Below, piece after piece: positions 9,501 through 18,227 of a stretch of 29,038 nt of DNA. The stretch's first letter is position 1. Each line of letters opens with the position of its first letter. The position numbers were made by a program, and so were the translations under genes. The notes beneath the pieces are model-generated. The model had not been told where the DNA came from. It was given only the letters and a program-made list of their open reading frames with translations, and made no database searches. The stretch covers positions 1 through 29,038 of IMG/VR virus record IMGVR_UViG_3300028366_000008; one strand, 5' to 3'. Source of the DNA: a virus. Its lineage: Duplodnaviria; Caudoviricetes.

Positions 9501-11344
9501 TTGCTGAGAGTATGGAGAATACTTTAGGCGGGGGTAGGAAAGTTAAACAGATGGGTGATCACGTTCGAGGATTTAATCCAATTAAGTCTATGCGTGGCAT
9601 GACGTTTAATATCCTTATTGCTTCAAATCCTGCACGGCAGATCCTTTTGCAGGCTAACCAAGTTAGCTTTCTGTCAGGCATGAGGCCTAAATACTTTGCA
9701 TCAGGTCGGGCTGGACAAGAGTTTGCTGCATTTATGGGAGCAGCTGGAATGCGTCAACGCCCTCAATGGGGCAAGTACCGTGATGGCGCAGCTAAAATGC
9801 TGAAGATGCCTCCTAAAGACTTTGAATTGATGTACGATGCCTTCGTAAGAAGCGGTTTACCTCAGTCTATTGACTCACATACCTATGCAAGGGACGGACT
9901 ACAGCAACTTAGTAAGCGTATAACTGGTACTTGGGGAGAAAGGGCAGGCCGTACAGCAATTAACGCTGTAAAACTACCTATGCTAGCATCTAAGCGTGTA
10001 GGTTTTGACGCAGGTGAGTGGTCTAACGTTACAATGACCTATCTTACTGCCCGTAATGATTGGATTGCTAAAAACCCAGGCCTAGATTGGCGTACATTTG
10101 CTGCTATGGATGACATAGGTACAGAAGCTCGTGATCTAGCATTGAATATGACTAAATCAGGAGAACTTCCTTACCAAAAAGGAGTACTTTCTCTAGCTAC
10201 GCAGTTCTTATCCTATCAACACAAGGCATTGCTAGCTACCGCTGGTGCCATTACAGGTAAGTATGGTAATAAGGCCTTCGCTGGCCTACCTGCACACCAA
10301 AGGGCTAGCTTTGTAGTAGCTCAGTTTGCTATGTACGGTGCTGACGGCTTTGGTGCTGGTGCTATGATTGATAAGATAACAGATAACTTAGCATTAGACG
10401 TGCCTGCAGCAGCAAGACCTTTCATTGACGGGCTATTCTATGAATACATGCTCAATGGTGTCATTAACTCTGTAACTTCTGAAGATAGCAATATTGATTT
10501 TAGCAGTACACTTGCTCCTGCATCAGGTATCAATGAAAGCTTTACCAATCTTATTGGCAGGGCCATGACAATGGATTTACCTGATGTATTCCTTGGGGCT
10601 TCTGGTAGTATGCTTGGTAGGATTTCAGATGCATACATGAACATTAACATAGCATTAGAAATTCCAGACTTGACAAAGACTGAGACGATACAAGCTGTAC
10701 TGCAGCAAGGTGGTCAGGTCTTTGGTGGATATAATAACTATGTTAAAGGCCAAGTCATGCAGAAGATGGGATACTATGTGTCTAACTCTGGTAACCCTTT
10801 GTTTGAAACTACATATGCAGAAGGATTGGCTAAGTCTCTGTTTGGTATTAACCCTGAAGCAATGGATGACTACTACCGTATACTCGAAGCTACCTCTGGA
10901 GGCTTTGCCAGTAAGGGTATAGCCGACACGGTAAGTGAACTTACTGCTAGTGACGTAGATTCTATTGCTGAGAAGTACTACGAAAGAGTATCTAAGATAT
11001 ATAGAGAATTAGGTGCAGTAAAGATTGAATCTCGTGACGATCTGTGGTACAATCAATTAGAAGCTAAGATGGCACTAGAGAATACATTGTTTGCCATACT
11101 ACCAGAGGATGTAGGATATGCTGTACGTAAGCGTATCAGCGAAAGGATTGATCGCAACCTTAATGAGACTGGCTTTGACCAGCTTATCGACTACATGACT
11201 ACTACTGTACTAGAGGGCAACGCTCCTCAAGGCACAATAGAGCATTACTTAGGTATTATGGATAACTCTGAGATACCAATGACAACACAGCAGAGACAAG
11301 ATGTGCAAACATTAATTGATTACGTGATAGATGAGGGTCAGTAA
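6551..11344 (+). CDS. Large internal virion (ejection) protein
   Basis: 1597-aa mostly helical ORF in the ejection-protein position; C-terminal half has QFLSYQ and NPxRQ motifs typical of these proteins. Confidence 0.65.
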   Translation: MAKIYDEEVVPIYDGEEPSKQEPESTTMGRAAYTVLSSKGNGPDLGKQVAETKRQMSYGRRSDIDLQVEQQAVTEFENTKAEERVRIAVSDKPVEDKASDMDRLNDITYEPNLIDETYVNQASQYNPPTVNADEMVRERVGEQLGLGVANKILSDVEFSNEVSQMSQQLKEEMGGGTAEGVVEFVEAIAPVAIPLSYTQVANDLFPEDRTFIGSFVGAGETMEFIGNKFSSMSQEDRDIMLPRLKESLKEHAGLVTDNGYIASTMLNEIFSTELNRRGTDDFNWDRMWNNVIGVLDATFVAGTVARLGGKGIKATTRFLPQAAIDSANPEAARDIRALILSRQDTTDLEAAVGVNTSSVVTDLYPTFDGAINSLTPGGVVDRIAGMQTELKRIEDDLAFGINYTQQEQLVMKQRVMAAYDGINGSYNQSFSKFGVTEEAGKGFTVKAAIGPSTDTGFGGYTPAMEHFKRNFPEGTPVDFVIRVGDTARTIPANMLEEIVDETQNLRTYSRKADAKRGAGRAGFGDAALRQVEGGRWTWDKPQTEVWYRVEDTYTYNLSLLDENLIMFGGPTFDKGFVTGGLQSVLGDPATKFSRFINKASMRANDIGESTKGRMFDMYQRGFLKPLNREGHLKVLDIVKEGSRTDKNFTYDELIGKGLTNDQAVGYYTVRGVMDLEWALNNTRVYNTLKRDGYQSVINGDRGFETFARPLPRESLPYTSDKIDVFNPSSQSISRMSRSEVDYLYDNGGQVFKSKTAHTAGDKTVTYVVSGIDDATRVRPLRRNPLQYRPGYVTRFYDENYFVKMKVNKTIDGVKGETWRTVAAVPTNSDGVRLMDELRLQNDGVDFDVFPDQKMTSPERFDNEFDYLHSTGGIITGRRGDHLRGIGEAQAELLDPVQSMIDSISYTAARTSHDDLIAGFEKRWVNTYGRKMGLDSIPDNLNEIKGATFTANGIQEAKELARYIQGMRGVQGEWGLKWRGFMAGLAESMENTLGGGRKVKQMGDHVRGFNPIKSMRGMTFNILIASNPARQILLQANQVSFLSGMRPKYFASGRAGQEFAAFMGAAGMRQRPQWGKYRDGAAKMLKMPPKDFELMYDAFVRSGLPQSIDSHTYARDGLQQLSKRITGTWGERAGRTAINAVKLPMLASKRVGFDAGEWSNVTMTYLTARNDWIAKNPGLDWRTFAAMDDIGTEARDLALNMTKSGELPYQKGVLSLATQFLSYQHKALLATAGAITGKYGNKAFAGLPAHQRASFVVAQFAMYGADGFGAGAMIDKITDNLALDVPAAARPFIDGLFYEYMLNGVINSVTSEDSNIDFSSTLAPASGINESFTNLIGRAMTMDLPDVFLGASGSMLGRISDAYMNINIALEIPDLTKTETIQAVLQQGGQVFGGYNNYVKGQVMQKMGYYVSNSGNPLFETTYAEGLAKSLFGINPEAMDDYYRILEATSGGFASKGIADTVSELTASDVDSIAEKYYERVSKIYRELGAVKIESRDDLWYNQLEAKMALENTLFAILPEDVGYAVRKRISERIDRNLNETGFDQLIDYMTTTVLEGNAPQGTIEHYLGIMDNSEIPMTTQQRQDVQTLIDYVIDEGQ

Positions 11345-13965
11345 TGGCAGACTTAAGAAGCTTTAATAACATGGAAGAGATAGGCACACCACGGCCTGTA
11401 TCTAGGCAAGTTGCCTCTGATACCTCTGCTGCTACTCGTATTTCTGGTAACACTGCGTTAGTAGAAGGACTAGGTGGGGTAGTAGACGCGGTGATTAAAG
11501 GGGGTGACGCTCTAGCTGAGAAGAAAGCAATTAGAGGGCTGAAAGGTACTCCGGGTGATACTGCTGGGTTTGAGAATCCAACAGGCAAGCTTGATGAAAA
11601 GCAGATGATGCTTGGTAAGGATGGCGTAAACAGTATCACAACTCTTGAAGCTAAAGACCTTAACTTTGAGAAGATATTCAACGCTCGTAAGACAGGAGCT
11701 ATTAATGGAGACCGTGCTAGGGAACTAGCCTCCACTAAACTACGCAGTGCAGTAGCTGCCAACCCTAATAGGGCTGAGGCTTTTCGTACAGCCTATGGGC
11801 AGTACTTCGGTAGCGGTGGTGCAGGTATGGGCACCTTCGATAAGACAGAACAAGAGGCATTACAGGACAATAGGATTAAGTATGGCTTTAATAACTTCGG
11901 ACTAGATCCTAGCTTAGCAAGGAATAATCCATTAGAATGGGAAGAGCGCTTCTCTCGTAACTTATCTCTTAAGGAACAAAACACCTACCAAGATGCAGTG
12001 ATTAGTAGCATTGAGAGTGGCATTGAGCTTGACGCTATTGAGCAACGTAACAACATAGGGCCTGCTATTGTTAATGCCATCACTAATAAAGAAAGTCCTA
12101 ACTTCATTGGTGCTCAGGTAAAGGCTGTATTGGCATCAAGTGGGATGGGAGATGACGGAACTTTCAGTGGTGCAGCCAGCGCAAAAGCTATGCAAGATTT
12201 GGACAGTCTTAAGACTGTTACGCGTTCTCAGTATCGTAACGCCTACTCTGCTATGAGCGAGACAGAGTTTAATTCTTTCTATAAGCCACTAGAAGACTAC
12301 ATTGATAACGCTTCTATGGTAGCTAGTGGGGAGATGACCTTTACACAGCTGCAAAGAGAGAATAACATCTTTCAAGAGGGGGCATTGGCTGCAATCTATG
12401 GTGCTGACCAAGACGCAGCTCAGCGCTTTGCTGGACTTAACGCCATTACTAAAGACATGCAAGATGTGCCTCCTAGTATGAGAGTTGAGCAGACAAAGTT
12501 GGCCCAGCAGTTGCTTAATTCTATGAATGCTACAACTAGTCCCACTAATCCAGTAACAGGTATTGACGTAACTACAGATCCTAAAGCATACAACAGGAAG
12601 ATGCAGTCTTGGCTGAATGGAGCACCTGATGCGCTAACTTCCGGTAATGCTGCTGATGTTAATAGAGGCAATGACGCCCTTGTAATGGTTACTAAAGACA
12701 TTAACTCTAACCCAACAGCCGTTACTTCTGAAACTTACAATCGTTGGTTTGATGCTATTGGTAACGAAGAAGCTTTTGGTAATTTGCCACAAGATACAAA
12801 AGATATGGTGTTTGATTCTATATCTAATGGGGCACTTGACGACTACTTAGCACAGACCGTGCAAGAGTGGAAGCGTAATACTCCACGTAACGTGCAAATT
12901 ACCTACGATACTACCAGTAATCGCATACTAGCAGTACCTACAACTGGAGACAGAATAGATAGGATGGCAGCCAACAGCTTGAACGCTAAGTTAGGCAGTA
13001 CTAACACAGTATTCACAGCTATGGACGGACTGGGTGTATTAGAGAGTAGCAACAAGGTACTGTTTCCTGTGTACGAAGCACTTGGTATATCTGTAGCAGA
13101 TGGGATACCTGATCCTCTCAGTAACGTGACAAGCTATAATGATTTCCCTCTAGCTAGTCGCCCTAGGCGCAGGTTTTCATTCTTAGCAGATGCCGTTGCT
13201 GGGGGCAGCGCTACTCCGAGCCAACGTAACGAGTTTCAGGCCGCGTTAGATGAAGATCCTCGTCTTATGCGTACAGGAATTGAATCTCTTAATAAGGCTA
13301 TTGGAGCACTGGACGCTCCGCCTGTAGTAGAGACTTCTGCTCCTCCAGCTGCTAATGCTGATGCTAATCCTAGGATGCAGGATGCGCCTGATCAAGTACC
13401 AGTCACTTTACCAAGTGGTGCCACTTTAAATCTAGATGGCAATGATCCCATGGACCCTGTGTACAAGGCTATGTCTAGCGCTGAGACTGCTGCAGCGTCT
13501 GATCCCTTTATACGTACTACGATATCAACCGCACCGGGCAGTTCCGCATACGGGCCTACTCAGATAACAAAGAGGCTTGTAGATGATTACTTGACTAGAA
13601 AATCTGATTTGTTTACACCAGCACAAACAGCGTTCCTTGAAAAGATGTCTAAGCAAGGCGAAGTGATGCTTGATATGGGGAATGGTGATTGGAAAAATCT
13701 TCCAGATGACTGGTCTAAAGAGATTGATGGAAAGACTTACACTGCTGCTGACTATAAAACCTTTGAATACGGAGGACCGGGTGTACTTAGGAGCCCTGAA
13801 GATAAAGCTCTATACGAACAGATTGCTAAGATCATGCTAGCTGAGCATATAAGAGAAAACGATGGGGACATAGCTGCTGCTCTAGAACAATGGCGCGGTA
13901 CGGCACCTGAAGAAGATTACTCTGAAAGATTTTTTAGTACTTTGGAGGTAGAGAGTGGTGGATGA
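11344..13965 (+). CDS. Internal virion protein with C-terminal lysozyme-like/lytic transglycosylase domain
   Basis: TAATG overlap with upstream gene; 873 aa; Pro/Ala linker followed by AMSSAET...SSAYGPTQIT...GDIAAALEQW, matching the SLT E-S/T, GxxQ and terminal helix motifs. Confidence 0.6.
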   Translation: MADLRSFNNMEEIGTPRPVSRQVASDTSAATRISGNTALVEGLGGVVDAVIKGGDALAEKKAIRGLKGTPGDTAGFENPTGKLDEKQMMLGKDGVNSITTLEAKDLNFEKIFNARKTGAINGDRARELASTKLRSAVAANPNRAEAFRTAYGQYFGSGGAGMGTFDKTEQEALQDNRIKYGFNNFGLDPSLARNNPLEWEERFSRNLSLKEQNTYQDAVISSIESGIELDAIEQRNNIGPAIVNAITNKESPNFIGAQVKAVLASSGMGDDGTFSGAASAKAMQDLDSLKTVTRSQYRNAYSAMSETEFNSFYKPLEDYIDNASMVASGEMTFTQLQRENNIFQEGALAAIYGADQDAAQRFAGLNAITKDMQDVPPSMRVEQTKLAQQLLNSMNATTSPTNPVTGIDVTTDPKAYNRKMQSWLNGAPDALTSGNAADVNRGNDALVMVTKDINSNPTAVTSETYNRWFDAIGNEEAFGNLPQDTKDMVFDSISNGALDDYLAQTVQEWKRNTPRNVQITYDTTSNRILAVPTTGDRIDRMAANSLNAKLGSTNTVFTAMDGLGVLESSNKVLFPVYEALGISVADGIPDPLSNVTSYNDFPLASRPRRRFSFLADAVAGGSATPSQRNEFQAALDEDPRLMRTGIESLNKAIGALDAPPVVETSAPPAANADANPRMQDAPDQVPVTLPSGATLNLDGNDPMDPVYKAMSSAETAAASDPFIRTTISTAPGSSAYGPTQITKRLVDDYLTRKSDLFTPAQTAFLEKMSKQGEVMLDMGNGDWKNLPDDWSKEIDGKTYTAADYKTFEYGGPGVLRSPEDKALYEQIAKIMLAEHIRENDGDIAAALEQWRGTAPEEDYSERFFSTLEVESGG

Positions 13966-14227
13966 AATACGGTTACAGAGAATGGAGGATAAGATTGATA
14001 AGATATCCGAAATGATAATAGAAACACGCCTCATGAAACAGGAGCTTTTGTATGTAACTAAGTGGCAACACGAGCATGAAGCTGAGGGAAAGGATCGAGA
14101 CACGGAAGTCTTAGTTTTGAAGAAAGAATTAAGCAAGCTACATGATCGTCTGCAGTTAGTAATTAAGGTAGTAGCCCTTGTCTTAATGGTAGGAATAGGA
14201 GCTGCTACGGGGATTAACATACTGTGA
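13955..14227 (+). CDS. Probable holin (coiled coil plus one C-terminal TM helix)
   Basis: GGAGG RBS before GTG; C-terminal hydrophobic LVIKVVALVLMVGIGAATGINIL; adjacent to the spanin. Confidence 0.55.
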   Translation: MVDEIRLQRMEDKIDKISEMIIETRLMKQELLYVTKWQHEHEAEGKDRDTEVLVLKKELSKLHDRLQLVIKVVALVLMVGIGAATGINIL

Positions 14228-14595
14228 AGAAATATATTGGGTTGATTGTGTTAACTAGTGTGCTGGTGGGATGTTCAACTCTAACTTCTATGCTGCCGGG
14301 TAAGTCCGGTGGCGTAGACGTGAACACTAATGCACAGGTGGGGCAGGAGAATACACAGCAAGTTGTTGCAAATCAAACAACAACCAGTGTTGGGGGTGAT
14401 CAGACTAATTCTACTGTTTCAGGACAAGTGGGAGAGGTGACTGTAAGTAACATACCTCTATGGTATATACTATTACTCATACTAGCTGTTGCTTTTCCTA
14501 CACCTAGTACTATGTGGAATGGATTCAAGAGAGGGGTTGGTGGTACGTTTAGGTTTATCTTCAATAGACCTAAGAAGAAAGAAGAAGGGGCTTAG
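14224..14595 (+). CDS. Unimolecular spanin (T1 gp11-like)
   Basis: Lipoprotein signal with lipobox LVGC, AQVGQENT motif as recalled for T1 gp11, beta-rich periplasmic part, C-terminal TM helix IPLWYILLLILAVAF and basic tail. Confidence 0.85.
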   Translation: MKKYIGLIVLTSVLVGCSTLTSMLPGKSGGVDVNTNAQVGQENTQQVVANQTTTSVGGDQTNSTVSGQVGEVTVSNIPLWYILLLILAVAFPTPSTMWNGFKRGVGGTFRFIFNRPKKKEEGA

Positions 14596-14610
14596 TGCCC
14601 CTTTTTTTTT
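14585..14610. terminator. Rho-independent terminator at the convergence of the two gene blocks (probably bidirectional)
   Basis: AAGGGGC-TTAGT-GCCCCTT hairpin with T-run to 14610 on +; upstream A/G-rich tract gives a U-rich tail on -. Confidence 0.85.
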
Positions 14611-14612
14611 AT

Positions 14613-16298
14613 CTATCCTTCGCAGACAATACACTCCCCTTTACTAGCCTTGATACCACGTAGGCTACGCTGGTAGTATAGAGACTTAATGTATGGATTA
14701 AGTAATGCTTCCTTGATTACTTCTGATATGTATCTTTCATCTGTGTCAAAGAATAAGTTGAGGCTCTGCGCTTGGTCGATGAAGTGCTGCCTTGCACCTG
14801 CCATCCTAACGAGCGAGAATTGATTAAGTTCATAGGCCGTTTTAAATACTTCTTTCTCAAGATCAGATAACTCCTCAAGGTGCTGAACAGATCCATTGTG
14901 GTTAATGGCAATATCTCGCATTAGTTCAAGACTAAATATTCCCTTGTCCTTGCACAACTGCACAAAGTGTGGATTCATCCTTGTCATCTCACCTGCTGCT
15001 GTTCCTTGATTGTAAGCATTAGCTACAACAGGCTCAATACCCTGACTTACGCCGCCACATAGCAATGCTGACGATGTATTGGGGGCTATTGCCATTACAG
15101 TAGCATTACGCTGTCCTGTGCCCTTACACCACTCAGGTTCTCCTAGTTCTAGGCCCAGTGTACGGGTAGCAGCCAGTGCCCACTCTTGTATCTGCTTAAA
15201 TATAGTACCATTGAGAAGATATACCTCCATACTCTCCCATGGTAACATTTTGCTCTGTAAATAAGAATGGAACCCAAGGGCACCAAGCCCTAAAGCTCTA
15301 GATTTTTCAGTAAAGCGTACTATCTTCTCGAATCCTGGCTTACCTCGTGCTTCTGCTAGCATTTCTTCTACTACACAGTCCAAGAATAGAATACTATAAA
15401 ACACATCTGAGTAGGTAAAGTCGTCCCAGTGCGTAAGGTTAAGAGATGACAGCACGCAAGAAAAAGTATGCTCTTCATCCTGTGGTAGCGCTATTTCTGT
15501 ACATAAGTTAGAAGCCTTGATTGATATGCCGCTTTGTTTAATAGGTATAGGTGCAAGCTCATTTGCTGTGTCTACTTTCCAAATATAACCCTTACCTGAC
15601 CTAGCTCGTATGTAACTTACCTTACTATAACGTGATACTGCTTCTCTATTTTTGTTTTGTAGCTTATGTATGAAGTCATTAGTAAATACCCAGCCAACAT
15701 TGGCATCAGCTGGATGTTTTTGCAAGTATCCTGCCATTTCCCAGAAGTCTTCACTGTCCATGTCAACATAGCCAGCCCAATTACCACGCCGATTGTTACC
15801 TTGGCTGATCTTAGTCACTGTATCTACAAAGCTATCAAATACTGGGACAATACCATCAGCTTCTCCTCCTGAAGCTATCTTTGAACCCCTTGAACGAATA
15901 CCACTAAGGTAACTAGACGTACCATACCCTGCTTGAGACAGCATAGCAGCCTCGTGGTATGATGTATAGAAGCTATCTATGCTATCACCCACATAACTAC
16001 CAGAACAGCTCACAGGCTGTCCTCTGTTGGTTCCTACGTTGCATAGTACGGGGGTAGATGGTGCTAACTTACCTGACCACATCAGTTCATAGAACTTTTC
16101 CTGTGCTTCAGGGTACTTATCTAGTACATGGTTAGATAACTGGCTAGATACACGATACAATGCTTCCTTAACAGTCTCATCTTGCCAAGAGTACTTACGC
16201 TTAAACATAATGTAGCCCTGAGTAGTGTACCAATCAGGCACATCTCCTCTTTCTACTAATGCTTTACGTTCAGCACTGTACTTTTCAAATTCACTCAT
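14613..16298 (-). CDS. nrdA: Ribonucleotide reductase class I alpha subunit, compact, no ATP cone
   Basis: PSTPVLCN, PVSC, SNLCTEI (NxCxE), APNTSS, SQGIEP, LYY and C-terminal CIVC motifs; ATG 16298 behind GAGG, TAATG-coupled to nrdB. Confidence 0.93.
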   Translation of the reverse strand: MSEFEKYSAERKALVERGDVPDWYTTQGYIMFKRKYSWQDETVKEALYRVSSQLSNHVLDKYPEAQEKFYELMWSGKLAPSTPVLCNVGTNRGQPVSCSGSYVGDSIDSFYTSYHEAAMLSQAGYGTSSYLSGIRSRGSKIASGGEADGIVPVFDSFVDTVTKISQGNNRRGNWAGYVDMDSEDFWEMAGYLQKHPADANVGWVFTNDFIHKLQNKNREAVSRYSKVSYIRARSGKGYIWKVDTANELAPIPIKQSGISIKASNLCTEIALPQDEEHTFSCVLSSLNLTHWDDFTYSDVFYSILFLDCVVEEMLAEARGKPGFEKIVRFTEKSRALGLGALGFHSYLQSKMLPWESMEVYLLNGTIFKQIQEWALAATRTLGLELGEPEWCKGTGQRNATVMAIAPNTSSALLCGGVSQGIEPVVANAYNQGTAAGEMTRMNPHFVQLCKDKGIFSLELMRDIAINHNGSVQHLEELSDLEKEVFKTAYELNQFSLVRMAGARQHFIDQAQSLNLFFDTDERYISEVIKEALLNPYIKSLYYQRSLRGIKASKGECIVCEG

Positions 16299-17272
16299 TA
16301 CCAAACCTCTCCAAATACTTGTTCGTCCCAATCAAGGTGATACTCACTACCTGAACCAGTAAAGAAGTCATGAAACTGTACACTATTAACATTAGCATAG
16401 AACCAGCCAGCAATAAATCCATCCATGTCGGCATCAGGGTACATGTACGAGTACCCTAGGTTAATAAGGCATACGTTAACACGGTGCTTAACGAAATCTT
16501 TAAGATTCTTTACAGTAATGCCAGTAATTTCTCCACGCTCAAAAATCTTATCTACTATAGTAGCCTCATGCTCATATACTTCTTTAGCTAACTCACGTAT
16601 AACTGGTTCTAACTCCTCTCGGTTATGATGAGGCCTATCCTCCATAACTTTTTCAAACAAGAGAGCTGAGCCGATAGCATGTAAGTTTTCGTCACCTACT
16701 GATAAGTTTATACCACGACAAATATTCTTGATCAAGTCCTTACCACAATCTTCTGACTGAAAGTGTTTAAGGAAAGCAAAGCTGCTATACAAGACAGCAC
16801 CTTCGATAAAGCTAAAGGCTGCCAGTGATATGGCAATGTCAGGGTGACGTACACCGTTCTCTATGAACTTCATGCGGTCTACTAGCTGAGGATCTTCCTT
16901 CCAACTAGCATAGAACTTCTCTGTATCTACGTACAGCAGCTCGTTAATCTTATTATAGAAGGGTGCATGGCTGTTGAACTCTACAGCAGAGAACAACGAT
17001 GCCATGCGCTGTACCTCTGGACGTTTGAAGTGACGAAGGATACGACCAGCCCAGTAGTCATCTCCTGCATACATCTCATAGATGGTGAACAGCTTAAGAA
17101 CAGTCATAAGACCGTGCCTTTCCTGCTCTGTCATATGTACACGTACGTCTTGTACGTCATTCTCTACCTCTGGCTCGTCCCAAGGCCAGAAGTTATGCAT
17201 CTGTTCGTCTGCTATATCTGAGAATTCGGGGTACTGTATTACCCATCCTTCTACAGTATCTTCAATGCTCAT
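16298..17272 (-). CDS. nrdB: Ribonucleotide reductase class I beta subunit
   Basis: Ferritin-like ligands E..H..Y (VEFNSHAPFY), EGAVLYSSF, DENLH, C-terminal DFF..Y; ATG 17272 overlaps the thyX stop (ATGA). Confidence 0.92.
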   Translation of the reverse strand: MSIEDTVEGWVIQYPEFSDIADEQMHNFWPWDEPEVENDVQDVRVHMTEQERHGLMTVLKLFTIYEMYAGDDYWAGRILRHFKRPEVQRMASLFSAVEFNSHAPFYNKINELLYVDTEKFYASWKEDPQLVDRMKFIENGVRHPDIAISLAAFSFIEGAVLYSSFAFLKHFQSEDCGKDLIKNICRGINLSVGDENLHAIGSALLFEKVMEDRPHHNREELEPVIRELAKEVYEHEATIVDKIFERGEITGITVKNLKDFVKHRVNVCLINLGYSYMYPDADMDGFIAGWFYANVNSVQFHDFFTGSGSEYHLDWDEQVFGEVW

Positions 17273-17961
17273 ACAGTAAGTGCCTCCCATGATATAGGAA
17301 ATAGTTTCTTCATTACGTTACCCCATGTAACAGCAAGGTCTTGTATTTCTTTCTGTGCATGAGGATCAATGCGCTGCTTGTAGGCTCTAGCCCATGCTGC
17401 TAAGCTGCCTGTTACATAGTACTCAGTGTACATAGATTGAGGCAGTATCATACGGGCCTGCTCTGGTGCTACACCTTCATCTAGCATGTAGCGGTAGGCA
17501 TCCATAATCTCATCCATCAGCTCTTCGTAAAGGTTCTTACATCCCCAAGTATTAGGATACTTAGAGAAGCTATCAACTACCGTATCTCCTGACCCCTGCT
17601 TAACACTACCTTCTGGACGTGCTCTCCACTCATCAGGTACAAAGAACTCTGGGGTATCATCTACATAGCGCCTGCTTACTTCATTGTAGGTGAACCCTAC
17701 AGTATGCTTAAAGCGCTGACGTGCTACAAAGATTGGTACTTTCTCACGCATAGTAACCATTGGGTGAGAGAAGGGAGTCCAGTGCCCGTGCCGGGCTAGA
17801 TAGCTAATGAGCTTCTTGTCACCTTCCTTGAGGTCTGCCCCTGACATCATAAAGTCAAGGCCGTCAGCAGGTACCCAGTCACTCTGTTTATTAAAGGAAA
17901 CACGGGCAGCATTCACTACCCGCAAGTCATCTCCCATATGATCGACGTAAACTGCTTCCAT
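17269..17961 (-). CDS. thyX: Flavin-dependent thymidylate synthase
   Basis: VVNAARVSF, HWTPFSH, PIFVARQ..KH..NEVSRRY, APEQARMILP, HAQKEI motifs. Confidence 0.95.
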   Translation of the reverse strand: MEAVYVDHMGDDLRVVNAARVSFNKQSDWVPADGLDFMMSGADLKEGDKKLISYLARHGHWTPFSHPMVTMREKVPIFVARQRFKHTVGFTYNEVSRRYVDDTPEFFVPDEWRARPEGSVKQGSGDTVVDSFSKYPNTWGCKNLYEELMDEIMDAYRYMLDEGVAPEQARMILPQSMYTEYYVTGSLAAWARAYKQRIDPHAQKEIQDLAVTWGNVMKKLFPISWEALTV

Positions 17962-18218
17962 TAAGAATCCTTAAATTTGTAGTACATACGGTCACGGCTT
18001 ATAAGCTGAAAGAACACCCTGTCAAGCCACTCAAGATTCCACGAAGACATAGAGAACAAGTCACACACCTCCATAGCTTCTACTATTTCTTCTGCAAGGC
18101 CTGCAGCTCTGCTGGGATGGTGTTCCAATAGATAATCTGCAAACTTTAGAGCATCTTCCTTACTATATAGGTAAACTCTCTTACCAAAGAAAGGAAGTAT
18201 GCCTCCATTGATTTTCAA
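17961..18218 (-). CDS. Hypothetical protein (85 aa)
   Basis: TTG start behind GGAG; fills the gap exactly; TAATG-coupled to thyX. Confidence 0.65.
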   Translation of the reverse strand: MKINGGILPFFGKRVYLYSKEDALKFADYLLEHHPSRAAGLAEEIVEAMEVCDLFSMSSWNLEWLDRVFFQLISRDRMYYKFKDS

Positions 18219-18227
18219 TATACTCTC

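Noticed and set aside
11256-11762. 168-aa ORF on the - strand, and many similar antisense ORFs over both blocks
   Set aside because: Shadows of long well-supported genes; Ser/Leu/Pro-rich composition, no RBS or motifs
16299-16331. Longer N-termini in the ORF track for nrdA (also nrdB, resolvase, 25855, 27902, 2517)
   Set aside because: Downstream ATGs have better RBS and/or stop-start coupling
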